Source: Schizochytrium sp. TIO01 (Eukaryota; Protista; Bigyra: Labyrinthulomycetes). Taken from it: a stretch of 64,000 bases of DNA. Every line of letters begins with the position of its first letter. Position 1 is the stretch's first letter. A model generated the notes under the pieces. It ran no database searches. It had not been told where the DNA came from and saw only the letters and a program-made list of their open reading frames with translations. The DNA is taken from the NCBI GenBank assembly GCA_004764695.1, contig SMSO01000014.1:6748029-6812028 (forward strand), read 5' to 3'. The position numbers and the translations under genes are program-made. Shown here piece after piece: positions 43,361 through 53,622 of the stretch.

Positions 43361-44314
43361 CTAGAATATTCCCGGCAGGATATGGTATCGCTCGGGATAT
43401 TCTGCACCAAACTTTTCCTTGTACCATGCCGTTGTGACAGCCGCACGAGGGACTAGATTGACAAGAGAGACAGTGAGGATAAATAGACCATTTGGCCCCC
43501 ATGAGAGAATGGCAAATCCAGTAAATGCCCAAAGTTCTGCGAAATACTGTGCGCATGTAATGTAGTCAAAAAATCCTCCGTATGGAATTTGATAACGTGG
43601 CGCGGAGGGGTCTGCACGCAAATCACGCAAGATTTTGTCATGCCAGATAATCATTACAAGACCAGACAGGTAGACTGTAAGTCCAATCGCAAAACGTGGA
43701 TCACGCAACCATGATTTATTCAAGTGCTTACCATACTCAGCGAACCACTTGGCATTCAAATAGCCATGCGTAATGGTTACGAGAGAACCGCCCAATGCAG
43801 GTACGAGTGAAAAATTAGTTGAGTTCCCATGCACGCGAATAAGGTATGGGAAGATGAAATTTCGGTATGAGTAGTGGAGAAGCATAATTACTGCCATAAA
43901 CCGTGGGACCGGCTCATGCGATTGGGATCCGCCTTTAACAAAAAAGAAATACACAAAGGTCAGCGTTACTGGGATTTCCATCAAGAACCAACCTAAGCGT
44001 GGATTCACGGAGATGACAGCGCTTTCTCCAAATCTTCCGTATGCCGTGGAACTGATATTTTCGGTGACGAAGCACACTACTGTGATGAAGATTGCCCACG
44101 TCAGCACAAAGTTAAAGTGGTCGTTGTTCGTAAGACGCACAATGACGAGTTGACGCTTGAGACGGCCTAACCAACTATCACCAGAGAAGCCCAAGCTCTT
44201 CTTTATTTCACCTGACACAACTTTCTTCTCCTGTGGACTAGTTATGGACGCGTTATCGCCAGTTCGCCTTTGTTTGAGTGCGTTATAAGCACTGGCCTTA
44301 TCTACCTCAACCAT
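43361..44314 (-). CDS. 3-oxo-5-alpha-steroid 4-dehydrogenase (SRD5A/DET2-like)
   Basis: AYGRF, GWFLMEIP, HYSYR, HGYLNA, HDKILRDLR, YQIPYGGFFDYITCAQYFAELWAFTGFA, NLVPRA, WYKEKF, YP-R...PGIF. Confidence 0.92.
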   Translation of the reverse strand: MVEVDKASAYNALKQRRTGDNASITSPQEKKVVSGEIKKSLGFSGDSWLGRLKRQLVIVRLTNNDHFNFVLTWAIFITVVCFVTENISSTAYGRFGESAVISVNPRLGWFLMEIPVTLTFVYFFFVKGGSQSHEPVPRFMAVIMLLHYSYRNFIFPYLIRVHGNSTNFSLVPALGGSLVTITHGYLNAKWFAEYGKHLNKSWLRDPRFAIGLTVYLSGLVMIIWHDKILRDLRADPSAPRYQIPYGGFFDYITCAQYFAELWAFTGFAILSWGPNGLFILTVSLVNLVPRAAVTTAWYKEKFGAEYPERYHILPGIF

Positions 44315-47009
44315 GATCTTAACCTGAAGAAGTGATCACAAGAAAACTAGGAAAGTATTATTCTGTTCCTTTCGTGCACAACCTAAACACGCACAGCATA
44401 ACTTGCGGCCCTATACCCAGACTGAGCACAGAGTGACTTGCACAACTATCGCAGGATCTTTCGCCCAAGCTCTGTAGAAGTACTGGAAAGAGGTAGCTTC
44501 ATCAAGAGAATTTGAGCCTCAGCGTATGCAGGAATACTACTAGTACCTACACTAGATGACGTACCTGTGTTACTTTCTAACCAAGACGGTAAAAATATTG
44601 CGTATCAATCCCATGGTGTAAGACATGTAGATGTGACCTCATTTTGGGTATGGGGGTGTTCAGTTCGCTTGTTACTTTGAGGTAAAGCTGTGTCTGCTGT
44701 AAATCTGGGGATGCAATGGAATTTCACTCTAGTAGAAGCCAGAATCAAATCTCTTTCATTAGTAGTATTAATTTAGTTAACAATCTTTTAGCTGGAAAAT
44801 AAAGCAAAACGAAAACTCACTGCTTAGGAGGCGGCAACCTAGGAAGATGTGGAGGACTCACAGGAAACAAGCAAAGCAAGGTGTTGGATGGATACCCTCT
44901 GGTGCTTGAGAAGAATGTGGAAGACTACTTATGAATCGTACAGAGGTACAGGAAGGAAAGTTGAAAATCTCTGTAGGTACCGTTCTGGGTGAGTTATGAC
45001 TCGTTCACTGTCTGTGAAAGGCCCTGTAAGAATGACCATATAGCTATACTCTTCAACAAATTGTGCGCTTCGCGTTTAGATTGACTAGTCTGCTTCATAA
45101 GTTAACGACGAGAGTAATTGTTTTGAGTTATGCACATTCAATATGAAAGCAAAGGGATTGTAGTATTATTAGCCGTGGAGTTGTATAGTGCAACAGAACT
45201 TTCTAGTTTCGAGATGACCTGATTTTGTTTGATCGTGTCAATAAGTTAATACACCAATGACCTGCGCTCAAATGGAGGTGAAGGAAACAATCACGTCTGG
45301 TATGAAACCCATATGAAAATTCAAAGCAACAACACTGATCACAACTAGTTCTCAAGAAACCCGAACATTTATGGCTCAACGACAGTGTCGGGTGTCTAGG
45401 TTTTCGTAGCTGTACTTGACAAGAGCACGCACCTTTTTCGTGGTTTAATTGGTTGTTGTAACGGATTGAAGTGTAGGTAAATATATCTATGCAAGAGAGG
45501 TTCCGTTTTCGTGTCCTATTGTTGAAGTGCTCGAGACTCTCAAACTGGGTCATCTTGGTTGAGGCGCGAAGAAATTATGCAAGCTCACTATCTTCTGCAA
45601 TTTCTACGGCATTGTGATGGATAATTTAACCCAAACGGAATAAGTGAGTTTCCACACGGTGGATATTTTGGTTTTAATGATAGTATAGACTTTTCCAGAG
45701 AAGTGATTCCTGAATGATTGCCTGCAAAAAGGCCAGGAGCAATAGATGTTATGGAATCATCTTAATGTCTGCTTGATTATGCAGCTTCGGGTCCAAGAAT
45801 CAAATAACCTTCTAAGTTACTCAAGCTAGTAAAAGAATTTTGAAAAAGAGCAATTCCCCACTATGCAAAGTGCTTTTTATTCCTTTCATGTTTAGTAAGT
45901 GAAAAACCCTTGTCTGCAAAGTTGACTCAATGAGGCATCATCAAAGCATTGAGCGGCTTAAATAGGTTCAAGTGAGAACCTACTGGTGCGTGCAGAGCTG
46001 TTCAGTTTGCACTCCAATTTCTAGTTCAGAGTGAGTTTAAGGATGGCCGAGTACGCGTGTAGCAACATTTTGACGGGTGACACTGTAGTCCCATATCAAA
46101 ACTGACAGCTTGCCAAGTGCTCAGTTTGAATAACCTTGGATTTCAATAAGGAAGAGTCACCAAGAGAACTATCTCGTTACCATGCGCTGAAAGTCTAATT
46201 GATAAATGTCCTTACGCTCAGATCCACTGATGTCGAACTTCGACATTATTGTGAACATTCTTGATGGTCTCTCATTTCTTCAGGTATCCTTAGCCAATCT
46301 GCGAGTCTGATTATTCAACTTGGATTTGGGAACAGGTATCTTACTAAACAGTCAGAGTGAAGACCTTTTCTGTTTCGCATCACAATTCGTCGTTGCTTTA
46401 TATCATAGCAAGGATGAACTCAACATAATCCTTTTCTCCTGATCCCCCTGTTTGATTGCAGCGCAAAAGAAAGCAGCGTGTGAATTCTCTCCGGTGAGCA
46501 TAGGAGTTTTGGTTGAATTGGTCCTCACAATGCTTGCTACAGTTTGTCCGGTTGGGGCCAGGCATTGAAAATCCTACGGAGTTTTCAGAGATCCATTGCT
46601 CAAGGACCACTTTGAGAAACTAGAATTTTCAACATATGAAAGGGGAACAAAATGACTGTGATTGTCCTTCATAATACAGGCAGGACTGCGCATGCGGGGT
46701 ACTTGAGCTAAATGATAGAGCCCAGATGAGGTGGTTTAAGAAGTGCTATATGTTTAGTGTGCGGGACGAGACATTTTCCACTATAATACCACTGAGCACC
46801 ACAGTGTATATGGCCAAAGAGAAGGTTTCTAAACTTTCACTTCTCGACGTTTCCTATAGAAATACAAAGTACTGGACTACATTTTGACTTTGATGAAGAT
46901 AGTGGGCTCTCGTACCCACGCTCATTTCTCCAGTACATCCATTACGGTTGCGAAACTCAAAGATCCTGCAATGCCTTGATTTAAAACAGAGATACACATA
47001 ACAAAAGCA

Positions 47010-48209
47010 TTAGGGCACAGACATCAGTTTCGAATGAGTCAATTTGCGAAGATACTCACCGTCGCTTTCTCGAGGGGATGAACTTGCAGATATAGAAGAC
47101 GAGGACATCATACCGGAAGTGTTGTCCTCGTAGTCCTTTCTTGCCGAAGGGTGTTGAGTTTGTGACAACGAAAGTGTAGCATAATGCTGGCAGGAAGAAG
47201 CAGATGAGGATGACTTTCGAGATGTCATTTTTTTGATAACAGAAAGCCCTCTCGAGCTTGAAGTAGAACTGTGCTTTCGCAACATTCGAAGCAAATTCTC
47301 CGGTTGATGCTTTTTTCCTGACTTCTCCGAAATAGAAGATGATATACGCTGAACAGAGTCGTTTTCCTTATCGATGAATACTAGTGTCTCATGGAGCTCA
47401 GACTCAGGTTCATTGTCAGAACCCGAGCTCTGCTGTTCCAATTTACTTCTCTCTACAAATTTTGCTTCATCCAGGTGTTCAGCATTGTCAGAGATAGTTT
47501 CTTTGAGGAATGGCTCATCAGGATCCTCCGTTGATGATGAAGCGTGCTGTCTGGTGTGGTCCTCGTTGGATGCTTTTGGTCTTGGCGGTGGGGCCGCATG
47601 TGCTGCATCTATACGACGTTCTGCCTCAATTGATGCCACCAGGGGTGATACACGTGGCTCCAGAGAATAGGTTTCGTATCTGGCATCATCGTCATCCAAA
47701 TTAACTTCGTCAAACTCATCACTCTTGGAAACGAACCCATCACTATCTTCAGCTTCTCCATTATCAGACAAAATTGTCTCTGCGTCACTATCCTGGTCGA
47801 ACTCGCCTGTGCCAAATATAGCATCGACACCCGCAGCATCGAGATGCATAACCTCTGCCCAAGGCACCTGGTCAGCGAGAGCATCCACAAAGTTGCATCG
47901 CTCTTCAAAGTCCCTGAGTTTTAATTTATACACTCTGTCCGGATTTTTTACATCAAGGAGAACATCATTGGTCCGCATACTCACTCCTGCTTCGTCATTG
48001 AACTCCCTGTAGCTCAGATAAATTGCTGAAATGTCCTTCAGATGCACGAGTGCCGCCAGTTCAGGCCAATCTGCATTTGTCATGATCCTCACAGAAGTCT
48101 GGCCAACTCGGACGCATCCCTCGCGGAGCAGCATGAAAGCAGTTCCCATTCTCGCAACTTCGCATGAGAGAATGGCCGCGCTTTGTACAGCTCCATCATC
48201 GTTCAACAT
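47010..48209 (-). CDS. Hypothetical 399-aa protein; possible N-terminal PH-like domain plus an acidic/Ser-rich disordered tail
   Basis: ATG at 48209. Beta-rich first ~120 aa ending RVYKLKLRDFEERCNFVDAL, a PH-like terminal strand and helix. Confidence 0.7.
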   Translation of the reverse strand: MLNDDGAVQSAAILSCEVARMGTAFMLLREGCVRVGQTSVRIMTNADWPELAALVHLKDISAIYLSYREFNDEAGVSMRTNDVLLDVKNPDRVYKLKLRDFEERCNFVDALADQVPWAEVMHLDAAGVDAIFGTGEFDQDSDAETILSDNGEAEDSDGFVSKSDEFDEVNLDDDDARYETYSLEPRVSPLVASIEAERRIDAAHAAPPPRPKASNEDHTRQHASSSTEDPDEPFLKETISDNAEHLDEAKFVERSKLEQQSSGSDNEPESELHETLVFIDKENDSVQRISSSISEKSGKKHQPENLLRMLRKHSSTSSSRGLSVIKKMTSRKSSSSASSCQHYATLSLSQTQHPSARKDYEDNTSGMMSSSSISASSSPRESDGEYLRKLTHSKLMSVP

Positions 48210-50160
48210 GGTGCCCCGCACGCCGCGCCTTTTAGCTGTTTACCTTGGTCGGCCCAAGAACCGCGACCGCAATTCTTGTCTACTTGATGGCTCTTTACTC
48301 AGCTTCTCGCCGACCTCGCACCTGAGAGATCAGACTTCGCAGGCGCCGAAAACGCCAGCGTCCGAGACCTGTACCAAACCAATGGTGTCTGCACCTCGTG
48401 GGCCAACTTTGTTTGCAGTATGCACGCAGCACGCGCACGCACGAGCGTCGTGGTCGCGAGTCGTGGGCTCCTAACGAAACAGAGGCGGAGCTGCGAGGGT
48501 CCCGGTCCCAGTACCTTATTTTAGTACCTTATTATGGTACCTAACTTCGTACCACCTTCGGGTTGGTTGAAAGAGAAGACTATGAAACCCTTCAACACTA
48601 TGCTCCCGATACTGAGCCCAAGCTTGTACAGTCAGTGGATATCAGCTCCAGTAATGAGGAGTTCAGGTGGTAGTCAAAGCGCAATAATTCAAAGGCACAC
48701 ACACACACCCCCAGATGTACACCAGTAGCAAAGCCGATTCTTAGTTTACATCAAGCAGACAACCTCAAAGTGCCTGAGAGGGAGTCGAGTCTTCTTCTGG
48801 CTTGGACTTGACATCAAACTGAATTTCATGAAAGGAAAATCGATCTTCAGAAAGAAAGAAGAGAAGACTATCCTAAACGAGCTCAAAGTTCTGGATTTTG
48901 TATAAAAAAAGAGTTGATATGACACAATTTGCGAGTCATGATTTACATTGATTCAAAACTCACTGCAACGACACTGGATTCTCCGAACACAGATTTTGCC
49001 GATGGGCTCAAAGCAGCAGTGTATTGCAAGAGCCAAGCCGTGGATCAGCAATTTGTCTAGGGTGTTTGTACAACATTCATTCTGGCAGACCATCTTGGTT
49101 TAGAATGAGTGATTGTTTTGGCTTAGGCTTTACACAAGGCAGACGATTTCCAGATAGGAGTTGCCTCTGAACACGAATGAGAGCGTTTCAACCGAGTTCT
49201 GGAGCTGCTTCGGATTTGAAGATGACACGATGCACCACCGCTAATTTTGCCAAGGTCCATTGCAGCGTTGAGTGAGCGGGACTGTGTTTTCCAGGACACT
49301 ATCATGGTATTCATCCGAAAACGTAAGCTGTTGTTAACAGTAACAAGCAGAACCAAAACAAAGTCAACTTTTATTACACGAAGCTTTCGTTTCCGCCATC
49401 CAAACTGCTCTCTCAAACAAGTCTGACACATACGAGCCTTTCCTGTAGCCGCTTTATGCTGCTGGAGCCATCATAGCTTGCGTCCGCTATATCCCAAATC
49501 TTTACAGCTATGGCCTCCACAAGGGTCCCGCCACCGTGAGCGATTCATTATTTTGTTCGTTCGTGACAGCGAACTTGTGTTTTCACCTTCGTAGTAGGTA
49601 GTTTCACGAAAGTTAATGGATTGTGATTTGATGTGATGGCTCTTTCTCTTTTGAGGATCTGTCACATTATAGCGCAGGAGTTCAAGACTGAGCGGGCGGG
49701 GCGAGGGAGGCCGGGTCGCCTGTTTTGGATGGTGGGCTTTGTTTGTTTTATCTGCTATGTTTTGTTACGTTTTAAGATAAGTTTGTTGAAGTAGGAATGA
49801 ACGCAATTCTCTGTACTTGTATTTGTCCTGAGGAATTAAAACTTTTATTCATTCTTTATTTTTTTGGTAAGGAGCTTGGAACAAGCAAGCATACACTAGC
49901 GAAGAATCTGCAAACTAAAAAAAAAAGGAAAAAGGAAAAAGGAAAAAGCGATTCTCTTAAATCCACATATACATAGGCATATTTAATTAAATAAAGCTAC
50001 ATATGTCAATTCTTACAATTTTATTTTTAAGAAAAAAAGAAAAGAAAAGAAGATGTACTTAAGTAAAAAAGAAAAGAAAAAGAAAAGAAAACAAACGAAT
50101 TACAGAATACAAAATTTATCTAATAAGTAAATAATTAAATAAGTAAATAAGTAAATAAAT

Positions 50161-50404
50161 AAACAAACAAACAAACAAACAAACAAACAAACAAACAAAC
50201 AAACAAACAAACAAACAAACAAACAAACAAACAAACAAACAAACAAACAAACAAACAAACAAACAAACAAACAAACAAACAAACAAACAAACAAACAAAC
50301 AAACAAACAAACAAACAAACAAACAAACAAACAAACAAACAAACAAACAAACAAACAAACAAACAAACAAACAAACAAACAAACAAACAAACAAACAAAC
50401 AAAC
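50161..50404. repeat. (AAAC)n microsatellite, ~61 units
   Basis: Perfect tandem seen directly. Confidence 0.99.
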
Positions 50405-50612
50405 AAAGAAAGAAAGAACTCTCGAGAGCAGCACATAGTTTATTTTAAGCTAAACAATTAATAAATTAAAAATTTAGGATATTTTCCCTAACCTTTACCC
50501 TTAACCTGATGCGGAACTACTGCCGTGCACCTGACTCAGGCAGTTCCGCATCACCAGGGCATGATGGCTCGAAGCAAGCGCGGCAGGTGCAGCAGAGCAA
50601 CAATCCGTCGGA

Positions 50613-51953
50613 GTGAAAGAAATGCTTCCTTCCTCCCTCGTAAAGAAAGAGACACCAGCGGCGGTGGGCGGAGGCAGCGGTGGCCGCAAACGATTGTCAA
50701 CTGTTGAGGAAGGGGACGAAGCCCTCGAGTTGGCTAAACTAGACGCAATGGAACAAGATGTACAGAAGCTTGAAGAAAAGGTCAAGAGCGTCGAGACACG
50801 TATCGCTGACATAGAGACCAAGATGACGCGCTTGGATGAAACGGAGGGAGCTTCCTTCGACGACCTCAATGTTTTCCAACGGAAAAGACTTGGGTCGGCA
50901 ACGGCGTATTACGATTCCCTTGAACGGAAGCGCGATGTGCTTAGACAGCAAGAGGTTGCGCTGCGCAACGAAATAGGTAGCAGTTCATTTAACTTGGGAG
51001 CTCAGCGGAGGGTCCTAACCGAAATAAGGTCGAGAAAGATCGAGTTCCGGCGTTACAAGGTTTGTGGTACCTTCAAGACTGCTGAAGGCGTGCGTCGTTA
51101 TGTGTACTCGGCGGTAGCCAACAACGCTGGGTTTGCTGAGGTGACCGAAGATACGGAGGTTGAACCGCATAGAAGAGCTATTTGATACGAAGGAGGCAAC
51201 CCACCCATGGACCTGACCTTCGAGATTATCTTCACTACCCATCGAGATGCAGCTATGTTTACCAACGATGTCATGCCGGTTGGTCTCGAATTCCATGTTG
51301 ACAACGTTGAGCTGAGTTCCCCTGAAGTCGTTTATGTCGCCAACATCCAGAACATTCGCAGCTGGGACTATCATTCCAATGATGAGCCAGGCTCTCTGTG
51401 TTCTGACGACAGCGATAGCTCAGAGTACACCGCTGTGGAACCTGATGGGGACTTAGCCATGTTCCAGTCGATTGAGATCCCACGTCACATTCGAAGAGGG
51501 ATGGTGGATTGTGCACACCTAGTTCACAAGACGGTTGTGGAGGATGCGGGCATCGACGATGACGACAATAATCGCTTAGCTTTGTCGCCGACGATGCTTT
51601 GCATGTTCAACGGTCGACGCATTCAGTACGGGTACAGCAAAGATCGGTTTCCTCTGATCATGATCGAGCCTGCGCCCGATTTCAGTCCCAATGACAACGT
51701 AACTGCTACTGACAGCGTTGGGAATACTCGAGTGAGAACTTGGGTCAAAGTCACTGGGTTTGATCCCAATTATTGTAAGATTATTTCCTTTTACGTGAAA
51801 GAGGGTACACACACTGAGAAAAAGAATGATGGTTTCATCGAGTTCTTTACCTTCGTGTTTGTGAAGGATCAAGATCAGTTCTACGAGAACCTCCGATGGA
51901 AAGCAAGCGAAACAGAATCCCACTGGAAAGATGCGCGAACCAGAAGAAGATAA
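50613..51953 (+). pseudogene. Crinkler (CRN)-like effector with coiled coil and C-terminal HNH-like nuclease domain, split by an in-frame TGA at 51183-51185
   Basis: ORFs 50613-51185 and 51207-51953 share a frame: RRAI*YEGGNPPMDL. Motifs GVRRYVY, FQSIE, DCAHL, DNNRLALS, R-WVKV, FVFVKD...F...LRWK...W match my recollection of oomycete CRN C-termini. Confidence 0.7.
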
Positions 51954-52053
51954 ATAACGAGTTCAAGGGCAGGGGAGGAATCAATGAATGAATAGTTTTG
52001 TGTTTATTGCTTTAGTCTGAATCATGTTTCTTTTCCTTTTCGACTTACTTTGG

Positions 52054-53100
52054 TTACTTGTGGTGCGTGAACTTGGTTTTGCGAGTATAAGTCTCACCCA
52101 GACAAATATCAGCAACGTCTTTTTTGCTTGCCAAGGTTCCTTTCTTTGCCTGGAAGTAGAAATCCTGCAAAGTCCCACCAAGCAAGATGCATTTCTGGTT
52201 GTTTGGTCCTCCTCCTAAGCCAATTCCTCCATGTGTAAAGCAGCTCTTGGCATTGCACATTAATGGGCGCGTGCTGCCCGGATTGGGATTTTTGAAAGGG
52301 ACAATGAGCAAAGTGGAACTGTTATCTGTAACGGAACCCTTGCCGTGATCGTACAAATCACTGTCCTTCTGGTGCTTGTAAACTTCAGTCGCGATCTTGG
52401 TAGTGTGAGGAGGTAAGGTCCGCTTCAAGTAAGAAGCGTCGTAGGTTACTTTCTTGTCGCACTGATAATTCTCCTAGTCATTCACGACATTGATCGTTAC
52501 AAAGCGCAGACCGGTGTTAGGATCGAACCAGTCCGCTCCTCCGCCTGTAACCTTGGGTCGCGGCAAGATCGGATCTCCATACCATTGCCACACGTCGAGC
52601 ACCAAGCAGCCGGGTAGGCCACCCAGCAAGCGAAACCATCGTTGTTAGAAGCTTTCATAAGATTATTCGTCTCAATGTCAGACATTTCCTCAGTTGGAAT
52701 GCGAGTCTTGCCATTCTGGGTCCAGTCAGTCAGCCATAAAGTTTGTTCAATGACTGGCTTGGACCAGCTAATCATACTAATCTTGTTAAACACGTATTCC
52801 CCAGTGAACGGGCTTAGAGCCACCAAGCAGTGCACGCGCCCATCGGCCTTCCACTGGTGAAACATTTTCATCTTGTACGTCGCGCCGTTCTGAATGTAAC
52901 GATAAGACCCAGGCTCTGCTCTGAACCAGCCGTTGCGGTGGTACCAGGAAGGAGCGTAGAGGTTCATATAGCGCGTCGTGTAGCTCATCATGCACACGCC
53001 ATCATTCGAAGAAGAGTACTAGGCATTGAATAGATCTTCTTCCTGGTGTCCCACCCAAGCATGTAAGAGTGACCGCCTGAGCGGTGGCCTAGTTTGTGCA
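52054..53100 (-). pseudogene. Disrupted gene for a Cys/Trp/Tyr-rich protein of unknown family
   Basis: Coding-like frames link across a TAG near 53020, a frameshift near 52540-52600 and a TAG near 52475 (DWFDPNTGLRFVTINVVND*ENYQCDKKVTYDASYLKRT). Confidence 0.55.
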
Positions 53101-53139
53101 GAGAATTGGAATCGATGGGTTCCTTCACTCTTTGAAGCT

Positions 53140-53591
53140 CTTTGTTTTATTGTTTGTTTTATTGTTTGTTGGTTTCATTCTTTCTCATAAAACAAAATTA
53201 TTAGCTTCTCTTGACTGAAAGACAGAAAGCCCCTGCGTGAAAGAGCATCGACCACGAGTGAAACAGCTGTGCATCCTGCTAAGAGCAAGAAAAAGGAATG
53301 TCCTCATGATGCCGATCTCGTTCGATCTCGAGGGCACCTCCACTTGAGACCAGCTTGGCTGCAATATAAATGGCACGACACCTCTTGCAAGTAACGACGG
53401 GATCCAAAAGTATCGTGCGCACCTAATGAATTAACCACTCATTCCTCGAAAACCCTGTGAAAGCGGAGATCACCGCGATCTCCAAAGCCGTGTGTGCACA
53501 GTTTTGGTGTCTTCGAATTACCACAGCAGACCTACCTCGCTCGCTCGCGGGTTTCACGGACGCTCAATGCCGTCGGCTCCGTCATCATCAT

Positions 53592-53622
<31 letters not shown>

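Noticed and set aside
46038-46110. GGATGGCCGAGT resembling the 5' end of a tRNA-Leu/Ser
   Set aside because: No T-loop (GTTCRA) or acceptor-stem pairing follows.
51183-51185. TGA as reassigned Trp or selenocysteine
   Set aside because: TGA ends ORC1 at a sensible C-terminus, and Trp is TGG in the intact genes. There is no redox motif. A nonsense mutation is simpler.
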